A DNA stretch of 64,000 bases from Camelus ferus (lineage: Eukaryota). Shown here piece after piece: positions 38,057 through 50,830 of this stretch (position 1 is its first letter; the number at the start of each line of letters is the position of its first letter). The position numbers and the translations under genes are program-made. The DNA lies in assembly GCF_009834535.1 (NCBI RefSeq), contig NC_045697.1, positions 3,040,001 to 3,104,000 on the forward strand. Direction: 5' to 3'. Below the pieces are notes generated by a model that was given only the letters and a program-made list of their open reading frames with translations, did not search any database and was not told the origin of the DNA.

Positions 38057-38548
38057 GTAATGCAGGAGCTGATGGGGTGGGAACGGCCTCGTTCAGAAGC
38101 CTCAGGCTCCCCCTTCTCGGTTCTGTTCCTTGAGGGTCCCATGAAGCCACATGGAACAGGGACCAAATTTAAGAAGAGGTCCCAGCAGCCTCCTTCCTAC
38201 GCTTACGATTAGCACATCTGCTACGAAGTCCCTGTTATGTGCCGGGTTAACGTGGTCGTGGTTTTGTAAATGAGGAGACTTCTTGAAAGACAGGAAACCA
38301 GATCACAGTGCGGGAATTAGGATTCGGCCCACGGGCCGAGCCTGCCCGCCCTGGCTCAGGGACTAAGGCCCCCTTTGCTTGTCTTTAAGGAAGGAGGGTG
38401 GGTGTGAGGATAGCCCAAGGCTGGCTCTCTCCAAGTGAAACCATCTGGGCCCCTGACCACCCAGTGCCTCAGTTTCCTCATCTGTAAAATGGGGCAGTGC
38501 CCTTGCAGGGGACCTGGAAATTCACGTGACTTTTTTTCCTTCTCTCAG

Positions 38549-38690
38549 CAGAAGACCAGCTGGCTGATTCTCAAGGGAGACACAGACACTCGGACTAACT
38601 CTCCAGACCTGGACAGCCAGTCTCTGTCCCACAGTAGTGGGACTGATAGAGGCCCTCTCCAAATGACGCAAGGGGACAACTTTTACTCAC
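38549..38690 (+). CDS. ABLIM2: ABLIM2 exon: QKTSWLILKGDTDTRTNSPDLDSQSLSHSSGTDRGPLQMTQGDNFYS(R)
   Basis: ttctctcag acceptor followed by in-frame CAG and AAG (tandem acceptors), gtgagt donor, 142 nt, phase 0-1. Confidence 0.9.
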
Positions 38691-41149
38691 GTGAGTGGTT
38701 CTTTTGAGCAAGGAGCTGTCAGTGTGGCACCAAAGGGCTTGGCAGAAAAGGGGCCCGCCACTTCAAACCAGTCCCTCCAGACCTAAGCCTGGTTCGTTAA
38801 AAATTCTGAGAGCAAACCGGAGGACAGAAGGGCAGACTGGTGGGGAGCAGACGCTTAGTCGTGTGCTGGCCCCCCTCGTATGGACATCCCTTAGACTGCG
38901 CCAGTGGGTCTCCCAGAGCTTTCCAGAATTGGCAAGAGGGTAGGAGACCAAATCAGGCTCCTGGGCTCTTTCGGGAAAAAGGCCTCCCGGCTGCCAGGCT
39001 GGACGCTGAGGGCCCATTTCCCTCCAGAGAGGACAGGAGCATGGTCCAGGCGGGCAAGTCCAGACTCGGAGTCGAGAACAGCACTGTCCCGTCTCTTACG
39101 CTCATCTTGCACATGGGACGGGGAGCCGGGACCTTGTATCCTCGGGGGGTCATGAGTCTGAGCAGGCGTGCTCACCAGACATAGGGTGAGATTCCTGGTA
39201 ACAGTCTTCACGTCCAGAGGCCGTCACTCGCCCAGCGAGAATGACAGCTAGCTGGGTCTAACGCACGGAATCGTTTGCGGCCGTGGCCTTGGGGCCCAGG
39301 CGGGCCGTGTGGGCAAAGGGGAGGCTTAGCTTGGAAGCCGAGGCCGGGAGCAGATGGGCATGGGAGAAACCAGAGGAAAGGCACTGGCTGTGCCATGAGA
39401 CAGACCCGAGTTCAAACCCTAGCCCGCCATTGACTGGCCACCTGACCACGGGCAGGGCCTCGGTTCCACCTGTGTGCCTGGCGGGTGGTTAGAGACCCGA
39501 GGGAGGCACCACGTGTGCAGCCGGCTCTGTGCCTGCCCCGTAGTAGGTGCTCAGCAAACCCTCCGTCTTCCATCGCCATCACCATCCTCATGCTGTGAAC
39601 TGTCTCACCAATGAGGGTGCAGGGGTTCTGGCGAGGAGCGGAGTGAGGAGGCTGGGAGATTACCACTCGTTAAAGAAGAAGTCTGAACAAAGAAAGGATG
39701 TGTTGTCTTTTGCATGAGCTTCGTAAGCAGATGCCCACGCGCCCCTGTGCCCTAGCCCGCCTGGGCTGCATCTCTCTAGGTGGGACCGCAGAGCCAGCTC
39801 CCAGGGCTGACGTCACCACGGGAAGGCCACGCCAGGGAGTCCCCCAGCGGGACTCGTCCAGGTGGCCCTGTAGTCCTCCTGGGGCAGGTCTGGAAGGGCC
39901 ATGGCAGGCTGCCCGTCCCTCCAGCGGCAGGGCTGGTCACGGGAGAACCGATGGGCAGACCCCAACCCAGCAGGGGCAGCAGGTCCTCCCGCTCAGCTGT
40001 GCCTGGTCATGCAGGACTTGCATGTGGGCCCTGGCCACTGGCCTTGGCCATAGGCCCCACTGCTTTGTGCTCCATTTTAACTCACGGCAATTGTGTTTGC
40101 AAGGCGCAGCGCTCCTGCTGCACCAGCCCCCCTGGCACCCCCCACACCTGGAGGAGCACCAAGGCATCAGCCCCGAGGGCCTGAGGGTGCTCAAGAAAGG
40201 ACTCTGGGGGTCTGTGGTGGTCTGACGCTAGAGCTTCAGTCCTTCCCTTGCCGGTGCTGGGCGGGCCTGCATCTGCAAGGCTGATGGCCACCACCTCCCC
40301 TAGTCTGTCCTCGGAGGGCAGCTGCTGCCACCCCCTACTCCGGGGAGTCCCATGTACCTTCACAGCCGGCTCGTGGCTGTGGCCAAGGGAGGTGGGGGCA
40401 CCACGTGGGGAGAAGCCTGGGCAGGAGATGGGCCGCCCCATGGGGACCTCCCTGTGCCACTGACCTGCTGTGTGACCGTTGCTTCCTCCTCCGCACCTGC
40501 GGGGCGAGGTGCCCTGCAGTCGTCCTAGGCATCCCCCAGGCTGTGGCCCTGCCAGGCCTGAGGCTGCACAGCTCTTTGCTTGGCCGGTCACACGCCTGCC
40601 AGGTCTGTATGTCAGCTCCATTCCTTGCCATTGCGTCCCCATCACAGGCTGCACGTGTGACCGCAGGTGGGAACCGGCTCTTCCCGTCCCCCGTGCGCCC
40701 GGGGCTGCAGGATTCCGGGTGCCCGTGCTGGGAGTCATGCTCTAACTGGGGCGGTTCCTCCGTGGTACAAACAGCCTGTGTGCTGTGTCCTCCTCCTTCA
40801 CGGATGTGAGCTCAGGATGACATGATCATAGATCTGTCACCCCTTCCCTGCCATTGCTGTTCTGTCAGCTCCTCCAGGTGGGAAACCCCATCTAACCATC
40901 GCAATGATCCCTTTCTATCTGATGATATGGCCTGATTTCCTGATGTGCATGGAAGTAGCAGCGAGGACCCAAGCTACTGGCCGTGCATAGATCAGGCAAG
41001 CCTTGCTGTCTGCCAACTTCTTGAGGGTTATCCAGAAACAGGTTATCCACCTTCTTTTCTGGGGTTCCTTCGGATCTCACCAAGTAGCCCCCAATCCATC
41101 AACACCAGTTTCATTTGCCTACAACCGGTGTCAAACAGAGCATTTGCAC

Positions 41150-41390
41150 GTAGCAAGGCACACCTGTGTCCCTGGGACATCCATCTGTAGCGCGCCCAGG
41201 AAGGTAGGATTGTGACACTCTACACAGTGGGTGCTCAGTAAATGTTTGTTGAATTGAGATGCGTTAAATTCAACGGGTATTTATTGAGCCCTCACTCTGT
41301 GCCAGACGCTGTGCGGGGCGCCAAGGGGGGTACCGAGAAGACAAGGGCAGTGCCTGCCCTGGAGAAGCACGCAGGGAGCTGGGAGAGGCA
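41150..41390. mobile_element. Two tail-to-tail LINE-2 3' ends (source of the miR-95 hairpin)
   Basis: The + copy ends acacagtgggtgctcagtaaatgtttgttgaat; the - copy begins ttcaac..tatttattgagc...ctctgtgccagacgctgtgc. Confidence 0.8.
41221..41301 (+). ncRNA. MIR95: pre-miR-95 hairpin (intronic); mature miR-95-3p at about 41269-41290 = UUCAACGGGUAUUUAUUGAGCC
   Basis: 81-nt inverted repeat: cacagtgggtgctcagtaaatgtttgttgaat / tgagatgcgttaa loop / attcaacgggtatttattgagccctcactctgtg, pairing with G:U wobbles. The 3' arm matches recalled miR-95-3p (UUCAACGGGUAUUUAUUGAGCA) at 21 of 22 nt. Human MIR95 is known to lie in an ABLIM2 intron. Confidence 0.93.
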
Positions 41391-41514
41391 GAGACACCGC
41401 TGGGGGCAAGCCCGCACAGCCGGCTGCCGCCACCAGGGTCCTCTGTGGGCTCCCCAGGGCCAGGCCCACCCTCATCCCACTCATGACCCCATCAGCACAT
41501 CTCACCTGGGACTA

Positions 41515-41640
41515 AATTCATCATTCAGTCATTCATCCGTCCTTTCACCAAACATGCATTGAGCACCTACTATGTGCTGGACACAGGGCTAGGCAGCAGA
41601 GAGGAGGTGGTGAATACGTCCCGGTCCCCAGGCCCCAGCA
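41515..41640 (-). mobile_element. LINE-2 3' end
   Basis: cattcagtcattcatcc...attgagcacctactatgtgctggacacagggctagg. Confidence 0.75.
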
Positions 41641-44600
41641 GGAAAGCAGACAATGGAGCAGCTATGACCAAGCGGTGTGACATGCCTCTCCACCACGGCA
41701 GTGGTTCTCAGCCAGCACTGCCAACCCCTCCAAAGGAGGTCTCACTGAAGTACATGTTTCATCATAGACTCTGTTGTCTGCCTGGGGCAGTAACGAACCT
41801 GATTTCTGCACAGGAAAGGGATGGTATTGATTTTCTGTTGGAAGAAGAGTCTTGAGCCTTATAGGGTGAGATTCACTGCCCCTAGAAGAACACAAGGTCA
41901 CGTGGGCCCCCCTCCCCTGGCCCAGACCCCGTAGACGGTCCTGCTACTGCTCTGGTCCCACCTCCCTAACCCTTCAAGTCTGTCCTCTCTCTTGAGGTCC
42001 CCAAGATCCCCCTCCAGGGAGTCAGAGGCAGCTCAGTGGAAGACACAGCCCCAGGCCGGCTGGAGACCCTTCCCCAAGGACGCGGTTGTCCCTAGAGAGG
42101 ACCCTACACTTCTGCAGGGAATAAGGCCCTGCTGAAATCCCAGCACATGAGAGGATTCAGGGTGGGCCTGAAGATTGGGGTGGGGACAGCTGTGCGTTAG
42201 AAACGAAGGCAGCACAGACGGGTGGTCCAGTGTGGGCCACTGCCCCACCCTGCCTGTGGCTTTGCCACTGTGTGTCACCTGCCGTGTGTCCGTCCCCGTG
42301 GAGGCCCATGCTTGATGGGACGAGCTTGTCTTCGTGGGCCGCCCACCCTGCCCAGGCCCGAGATCGCTTCCTGGGTGCCTCACAGGGCACATCGGCGTGA
42401 TGGTTGGGAGACGGCGCCTCCGTTCCACTTTTCTTCCCCTGCTCGCGGGAAGAAAGTGGGCTGGGGTCTTGGATGGAAATGGCTTTCCCCATCCCCCGTG
42501 AGTCCTCTGGAGCTCCCAGGCGAGAAAAAATCATTCTCACATGTCTTCGTCCATGGTTGAAAGAAAGAGGGACCTGATTTGCTATCCGCCAATCCCATGA
42601 GAATTTTGGGAGGGGGACACATGCTCAGGTGGGCATTGTGACCTGAGGACCCCAGGGGTAGGGTCGCACTGACAGGACGTCAGTCCACACCCTCATTTTA
42701 GGACAGGCAGAGAGGGCCAGAGACAGGGTGGGGTCCTCGGCTCCCGGGTGGGCCTGAGGTCCTGGGGATAGGTGTCCTGAGAGCCAGGCCCTCCCCCAGG
42801 CGTGTGCCTGGGCCGCGGTACTGTCTCAAAAGAGTCTAATGCCCAAAGTGTGGCGGGGGGGGGGGCGCAGTGTGGGAGCCCCAGGGGAGCCGCCAGGGAT
42901 GGGGAACGCCGGGGTGGGGGTAGTCAGGGGAGTCGGGAGGGGAGGCCTGCGGGAACCTGGAGGGCTTGGCTCGGGCCACCCGGCGTCCAGCAGATGGTAG
43001 GAGGTCACCTGGTGCAGAGACTCCTGGGGAGGGAACGGTCGGTGGGTCTGTCTGTGAAGACCTGGCCTCCAGCTGGACAGACAGAGTGCCCTCTGCCCCT
43101 TGCTTGTGTTTGGTGCCAGCAGGAGCGGTGGGGGCTCCAGACATCAGGGAGGGGCCTTGGCCCAGGAGAAGTCGCTGTTGGCCCCTCAGTGGTAGAGACA
43201 CCCCCGGGTGCAAGAGGGGCGCCCCGGGGTAGAGCTGCGGCCCTTCCCTGGGGGCTTACTGGGACTCTGCTTCTAGCAAAGTCCCTGCGGCCCCTGTACT
43301 GGGCAGGTTTGCCCCCCAGCCCAGGGACTGGACAGGGTACGGCCTCTGATCTGTGGCAGAGGCACAGGCTGTGAGCGAGACCCTCTGGTGTCCATGGGAA
43401 GGAGCCCGTGGCTCAGGTCGCACCTCTCAGGGCCTCCTCTGTCCCCCTCCAGCCCTGCATTGGGTCTTGAGGCTCCCCTCACCCATCTCAAAGCTCTGTC
43501 TCCCCTCCCCCGACCCCGGCAGGGAGCATCTCACCTATAACCCTTTACATCCTTTCTCCCTTCGACCATTAGCCACTGGGGAGCAGGGTCCAGTGGGGCG
43601 CCCCCATACCTCCCCTGTGCATGCAGCAGCCTCCCAGAGAGTGCCCGCGGGGCGCTGGGTGCCCCGGTCTTCCCTGAGCAGAGCCTTCCTTCATGGGACC
43701 CAGCGCGGTGGCGGGGTGGGGGAGACCAGGGTGACTGTGGCAAACATGAGGCAGTGACAGTGCACATGAGACCACGTGGAGGGTCAGCAGAGAGGGCTAG
43801 ACCCAGGTGCTGGCCCGCCCGGGGTGGGATCCTAGCCTCTCACTTGCTGTGTGACCTTGGTACAAGAGCAAGCTTCTCTGAGTTTGGAATCAACTTCTCT
43901 GAAAACAGGGATGAACCGTCCTCCTGGCAGGAAGCATCTGGGCTTTGGGGCTCAAATGTAGGCCTGGCGTCCTGTGGCTTGAGACCTGGGTCGGGGGGGC
44001 GGGGGGGGCGCTCACAGCAGAGCAAGTCAAGTCCACAAGCCTAGCCCTGGGGAGCCTTCAGTGGGCCCCTCTCACTTGCTTCTGAAGCGTGAAGCTCGGA
44101 CAGCCCAGGGGGCCTCCTGTTCGTGGCTCCTTGGGGCTGAAGGAACCCCTCCTTCCTCAGACGGGAATGCTGAGGCCCAGAGAAGGAGCCCAGACTTACA
44201 CAGGGCCAGGCAGCTGCAAAGCTACGTGTCCACGCACCAGGGAGCTGAAAGCCGGTCACGGCGCTGGTGAAACTGCCACGGAGCTGCCCGGGGAGGGCAC
44301 CCTGGATGTCCGCAGAGCCTCCTGGGTGCGTGATGAGCCTTGTGTCTCAGGCTGCACCTGGAACAGTCCATCCACTCATCTGCGAGGGGCCTCTGCTCGC
44401 ACATCCGGTGGTTACTCTAACCTCTGACAAGCCAGCCCAGAAAAGGGACAGACCCAAGGAGACCATGCTCAGGGTCCCAGGAGTGGTTCCAGCAGAATGC
44501 TGAGGGCAAATTTGCCACAGTGGGCTTCCTGGAGCAGGTGACAGGGGTGAGGCTGAGCTTGGACACGGGGCGTGGGCAGGTGTCCAGAGCTAACAGGGCC

Positions 44601-45099
44601 TGATAATCCTCAGGTCAAGAGTACCCAGCTGCCACCCGTCCCAGGACCAGCACATCCACCTTCCCCCTCTATGCTGTCTCTCCCTCTGATACACACACGT
44701 GGCACACACTCTTAAGGCCAGCCAATGCCACCTGCCAGGCAGGTCTCCAGAAGACCCCACACCTGCAAAGCCTCAGCAGGGCGGACGGAGCTGCTGGAGC
44801 ACAAGGGCTTACGAGGTCCCAAAGCTGGAGTCCCGGGCACTTGGCTTTTCCTCTTCATGAGTAACTGTTTGACCTGATACTTAATTTCACTAGGTCTCAG
44901 CTTCCTCACCTGGAGAATGGGCTCATGTGTAATGCCTTGGCTTGTGAGGGTCAAGTAAAATCTCTGGATATGTGAAGGGACTTTCTAAACAGGACCTCTC
45001 AACCCCGGCTGCACATGGGATGGCCAGGACCTCTGAAGTCTACTGAGAGTTGGTCCCATCCCTAGAGAGACCAATTCTAAGGGCACTCAAGAGCACCCT

Positions 45100-46760
45100 A
45101 GTGATGAGGTGGCAGAGACGCCTCTCTCCCTGCTCATCCCCATTCAGTACAACTGAAAAACCTGGAACAATGTGGCAGACAACCACAGAACTCCGAAGGG
45201 TCGAGAGAGGAAGCTAGACTGGCCAGGGACCTGGAGCTGAAGGAGAAACGCAGAACTTGTGTCTCCTATCTGCCATGCAGTGGACAAGGTGACCAGGCAG
45301 ATGACTACCCTCCCTGGCACCCAGCACCCTGGAAAATAGGCCCAGGGACACACTTTCCATCCATGGCCAGTGTCTCCTACCTCTGGGCACAGAGCAACCA
45401 GGGAAGCACATTTTGCCCCCAGGGTGTTCCCAGCAATACCAGGTGGACTCAGCAGAGTCACAAGAGCACTTTGACGAGCAATTCTGAAAGCTAAATTGTC
45501 ATCGGAGCCACAGCCCATAATAAGCCCGGCCCCCATGTTACTCCTAAACAGAACGACAGCTGCTCACACGGAAGACTTAATGAGGATCTGGAGCTTCCCA
45601 AAGTGATGTCCAAATGTCCAGGGTACGGTGGGAAATCACTCATCACACCGAGAACCATGATGACAAGTATCTGAATGAGAAATGAGAAAAGGCAATCAAC
45701 ACATACTAACACAGAAGAGAATCAGACGCTGGAATTTTCCAAGATGTTGGATTTTTAAGGCAGTCGTCACAAAAATACATCAACAATTACCAGCACTCCT
45801 GAAACAATTGAGAAAGGAAAAAGAAAATCTCACAGAAGAAATACACTTCATAAAAAGGAATCAAATGGAAAGTATGGAACTGAAAAATAAAATAGCCAGA
45901 GGTTAAAAATCCACTGGATGGCTTCAACAACAGAACAGCAGAATATGACAGAGGAATCATCGAACTTGAAGATAGAACAACAGAAATTGTCCAATCTAAA
46001 CAGCAGAGAGAAAATAGTAAAAAAAAAAAAAAAAAAGAAAAAGAAAAAGAAAAAGAAAGAAAGGAAGAGAAGAAAAGAAAAGAAAAGAAAAATGAACAGA
46101 GCCTCAGAGACCTGTGGGACAACACTTGTAACTGGAGTCCCAGAAGGAAGAGAACGGATCTGAAAAATGTTCAAAGACATAATGACTGGAAACTTATCAA
46201 ATTTGGCAAAGGACATAAACCTATAGGCTCACGAAACTGACTGAACCCCAAGTGGGATAAGCCCAAAGTAACCCACACAAAACCCACCATAACTAAACTT
46301 ATCAAAAATAAAGACATAAACAAATACTCTTGAGAGCAGCCCGGGAGAAAAGACATAATACGATGTTCCCTGCAGGCGACACCGATGCAAATGATGGCCG
46401 ACTTCTCCCCAGAACCCGCAGGGGGCAGAGTGCGGTGACATGGTGTTTTTCACATGCAGAGAGACAGTTGCTGAATTCTACGTTGGGTGAATTTTCCACT
46501 CATTCAATGAGTAGAAAATTCAGATGTTCTCAGACAAAGGAAAACTAAGAGAAGTTTTTGCTGGCAGATGTGCTTCGCTGAAGAAAGGTCTCTGAACGGA
46601 AATGAAGTGATGAGAAGGTTTGGAAACTCAGAAAGGAAGAACAGCGAAAGGGAAAAATCAGGGTCAACATGACAGACCGTCCTTCTCTTTGTGAGTTTCT
46701 TATGTCATGTTTGATGACTGAAGGAAAAATTGTAACACCTGATGCAGGAGCTCAAGGCAG
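45100..46760 (+). mobile_element. L1 5'UTR/ORF1 remnant (L1M-type), containing an A/(GAAAA)n tract at about 46019-46092
   Basis: Broken ORF1p-like peptides KRNQMESMELKNKI, TEESSNLKIEQQKLSNL, MNRASETCG, VTGVPEG; gaaactga...accccaag...gataa; ttgagagcagcc...gacttctc. Confidence 0.85.
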
Positions 46761-46974
46761 GAGGAGGAAAGAGCTGAGACAATCAGAGCTGACCAGTCAG
46801 GGAGCTGCGTGGCAGTGAGGTCTCCGCGCTCCGGGCGAGTGTGAGGCCCTGGGACCCAACAGTCTGAGCACGCGGCATTCTAGAAGCTGTCCAGGTGACG
46901 GCCGTGCACCCGGGGCAGAACCACTGTTAAGACCTGGTAAGGCTGAAAGTGAGGGCACAGCTGTGCCTGGAGCT

Positions 46975-47165
46975 CTGAGGCCGTGGCTCTCGAGCCCTCG
47001 TGTACGGCAGGGTGCCCTGGAGCGCCTGGGAGTCACAGCCCGCTGGGCCCCAGCCCTGGAGCTCTGAGCCCGCCAGTCTGGGGGGGCCGGAGGCGTGGCC
47101 TGTCTAGCAAGTTCCCGGCCGAGGCTTGTGCTGCTCGTGGGAGCCCCCGCTGTGACAACCCCGGC
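46975..47165. mobile_element. MER5A-like hAT DNA transposon remnant
   Basis: gctgggccccagccctggagctctga...gtctggggg...gcctgtctagcaagttcccgg...gctgctcgt...tgtgacaacc. Confidence 0.55.
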
Positions 47166-48778
47166 TCCAGCATCGCTGGCTGATCAGAGTTCCTGTGTGT
47201 CAGTGGAGGGTCCCGCAGATCCTCACCCTGACGGCCTCACATCCCTGAGTGTGCTGGGCTCAGTGTGTTAGACTAGGAAGCTGGCTAAGTCAGGAGCCCC
47301 CGTCTTGCGTCCCAAGGCTGGGTGACCTTGGGCAGGTCCCCCTGCGTCCCTGGGCCTCACCTCCCCTTCTGTGAGACGGGGGAGCTGGTGGGGTCGCCTG
47401 CCTGGAGGAGCCCAGGGCGACGGGAGGAGCAAGGGGGGTCCGGCAGGCCCGGCCCCGAGCGCCTTGTCCAGCTGCTGTCTCTCTAGCTCGCGTCTGTTTC
47501 ATGTGTCAGAGTTCACGGAGATTTCCTGTGATGAGGGGGCTCCTCTGCTAAAGCAAGTCTGGGGCGTTGTAAAAGGCCCTTCCTGACCCCTGTTGGGAAC
47601 CTCCCCGCCAGCCACCCAGGGCAAACAAGTGCCCGAGGCAGGTCCCCAGCAGAGGCCCTCCCTCCTGTGTGGCCTGTGCAGGTGTCTTCCGTGTCCTCGC
47701 TGAGCTCGTGAGGACCGCCCCCCAGATGAAAGGCGCCTGGCTCAGTCAGCACCCTTTGCTCAGAAGCAAGCCTTCCTGGAGCGGGTGGGTGGGCGGGCGG
47801 GCGGCTCTGTGCACAGCGCCCGCCTCACCTTTAGAGGCTCGGTCCTCGGTCCTGTGTCCTATACACACACGTGGCCTTGTGAACACAGAGGAATGAGACC
47901 CGCTGCCCCTCGGAGCCGTCTCGGCGGCTCCCAGGGCCAGCGCTGTGGGCTGGCGCCTGAGCTGCTGGGGCCCCCTGCTCTTTACCGGCCCCCAGGCCAC
48001 AGGAGGACAGCTAGTTCAGGCACCGGGACAGGCCTCCTCGGGGTGCTTCCCCCCCGCCGGGGGGGTGTCGCCTGCCCCTCCAGGGGGGCCAGACTCTGCC
48101 ACTTGTCCTCCTCTCCAGGATGCATCCCACACTCACCTCTGAGCCAGGAGCACCCCCTGCTCTCCGGGCGTGGCACCGAAGAAGTTCATGGGCGGTCTCA
48201 AAGCCCGGGGCCATCCCCAGGGCAGCCAGGGACGTGAGCAGTAGAGGTGGACCCGGTGTGAGATTCCCTCGGGGAATCCAGGGCCCCGTGTCTCAGACCT
48301 GCACTTTTTACTGGGAGAAAAACTAGACATTAGGATTTTACTGTGAAATCCCCCAGATGCAAACAGGTCAAGAGTTTTGAAAAATAGAGCAGTTTCCCGG
48401 CCACCTCTGGTGGGGCTGTCCTCGGCCTCTGGCACAGCCCTGCCTGCGCGGGACTCCTTCCTCACTCTGTCCCCAGCTCTCGCCGTCTGCTGGGTGACCT
48501 GGTGACATGACGCCATGGCCCGAGGCTGCCGGAGGACACGGGTGCCTCCCAAGGCCAGGTCAGGCTCCTTGGTGGTCCTGGTGTCATGGGTGGGCTCAGG
48601 GACGTCACCCCCTTCCTGGCTCATCTTCAGTCAGCGCCCTGGGGTCAGAGGTCTCAGATGAGGCAGGGGTGCTCTTCCGGGCGTCACCCGCCTGCCCTGC
48701 TGGCCTGGGCAAGCCCCTGTCTGGCGCCTGGCCGAGCCTGGCTGCGTGCGTGACGGAGCTGTGCTGTGTCTGTTTCAG

Positions 48779-48840
48779 GGTTCCCCTATTCCAAGTCTGA
48801 CCCTGTCCCTGGACATGGCAAGAATGGCTTGGACCACCGG
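48779..48840 (+). CDS. ABLIM2: ABLIM2 exon: (R)FPYSKSDPVPGHGKNGLDHR
   Basis: tctgtttcag acceptor, gtaggt donor, 62 nt, phase 1-0; PG.G+NGL motif. Confidence 0.93.
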
Positions 48841-50631
48841 GTAGGTACTTGACCCCGCCCTGCTCACCCTCCCCGGCTCGTGCATACTAACATCACCTTG
48901 AGCCTAGCGTGGTTCCCGCAGCTTCATGGCCACGCAGCCAGGAGGAGGGGCCCCAGGGACTCGCTGCTCCAGCCAGGGCCAGGCCACAACCCAGCAACAC
49001 CCCTTCCTCCCCTCTGCTCCCAGCCGCCAGCCCCCAGGGAGACCTCAGTGTGAGGGGGCTGGGGTGGTGGGGTCCCCCAGAGGAATCAGACCCTCCATAA
49101 GGCCCTCCTAAGCATTCTTCTTCTGAGACCTCGAGTCTAATAAGGACCTTAAAAGATGGGGATGTTCCGTGAGCAATGTGAGCCCAGGGTCTTTTCCTGG
49201 AATTCCCCTGCCCCGCTCTCAGCTCCGTCATCACCACTGATGGTGTCCCAGCACTGTGACTGTCCCCGGAGCCACCCCGAGGAGATGGCTTTCTCTGCCT
49301 GCTCCCAGCAGAAGGCTGCTTTGACCTTCTCTCCAGCTCCCCAAATCTCAGGACATGAGAATTCAATTCAGACATTCTGGTGCTGACTTGTCCCCCACAT
49401 CTGGGCCTTCATGATGTCTGTCCCTCTTCCCACAGCTCTGCTAGGTCCCCAGTGAGGGCCCCTGGGGGGCAGGCATGATGGCACCAACCCCCCACACATA
49501 GAGCCCCTGGAGACTTGCCACCACTGTGGCAGCCTCTTCCCAGTCAGAGGAAGTCTGTCCACAAACCAAAGCAATTCACCCCCCAAGAGAAGCCACTCAA
49601 GTTTCTGTCCCCCTGTGTTGCCTTGGGGCAGTTATGGTGATGGGTGTCTAATGTGGGGGACAGTGTCCCCTCGGGCAGAACTCGAATCCAGGGTGCAGGC
49701 CACCAGCACATCCAAGAGCAGGCACCTGAGGGCTTTTGTCCGTCTCCCTCGGGCTCCGTGGGACCGCTGCCGTGTCAGTCCCCGGCCCTGCGCCTCTGCG
49801 TGGTTTGCGCCTTGTGACCCCGCCCACCCCACTAACTGTGCCCCCCGTTTGTTCTGGAATGGCCGAGTCGGAGTGCGCATGTAGCATGCTTCCCTGAATT
49901 CCCTTCTAAGGATTTCCCCACCTCTCACCTTCCAGGGAAAGCGGGGGCAGGAGAAAGTAGGACCCACGTCCCCAGGGCACCCACAGCCCCACGGAGTGTA
50001 GACCTCTCAGCTCAGCATGCAGGTCCTGAGGGCAGAGGGGGCCCGTCAGAGGGCCCTGTGCTCGCCTGGTACCGGTGTGCTCTGGCTCGGGGGCTGTGTG
50101 CACTGCGGACACAGTCTGGGCCACGTCCACACCGAGGTGCACCGCCCCGCAGGCCAAGTCCTGGGATTTCTCTCAAAATGTGAAAGACGATTAAGAGAAT
50201 GATTCAACTGAGAGATGCAAAGGCTCGCGCCTTCCGTGATGGGGTCGTGCAGCCTCTTGGTTTACGTGCTGGATGGACATGGGTGGGTGGCTCCCTGCAC
50301 CTGCAGAGTGGCTGGCAGACACTCCAGCCGCGAGCGAGTCTGGGAACAGCTGATGCAGGCGCTCAGGCAGGGACACTGTCTTCCTCCCTTTGCAGCCTGG
50401 AGAGCCAGACCCCCTGGGAAGGTCTCTCCTGCCAGCCTCGGGGTGGGGAGCCAAGTGTTAGAAGCCTGGGCGACCTTCTATCCATCCTGGGGAGTCGATC
50501 AAGATGGAGTTCATTGCCCCATGAAGATTTTTAGCTTTTCACGTTGCTTATCTGGGAGATTGGTGAAAATTATAGTTGACTTTTCTTTGGGACTCTTTTT
50601 CCTACTAATGTTCTTTTTTTTTAAGAGAAGT

Positions 50632-50830
50632 TTTTTTTTTTAATTGAAGCAAAGTCAGTTTAGAACGTTGTGTAGATTTTTGGCGTACAGCACACTTGTT
50701 CAGTCATACGTATACATCCATGCATTCTTCCTCATTATGGGCTACTATAAGATATTGAACATAGCTCCCTGAGCTGCACAGTGTAACCTTGCTTATCTAT
50801 TTTATACGTAGTAGTTAGGATCTGCAAATC
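50632..50830 (-). mobile_element. Younger artiodactyl/camelid L1 3' end, antisense
   Basis: tttttttttaattgaag...tacagca...ttcagtcatac...tactataagatattgaacatagctccctg...tatctattttata. Confidence 0.75.

Noticed and set aside
42850..42950. G-run clusters with G-quadruplex potential (also the C-rich run at 10890-10920)
   Set aside because: Such runs are common at this GC content, and nothing singles these out.
45682..46550. Lys-rich ORFs as a possible gene or an active L1
   Set aside because: Fragmented L1 ORF1 remnants in several frames; the poly-K comes from an A/(GAAAA)n tract.
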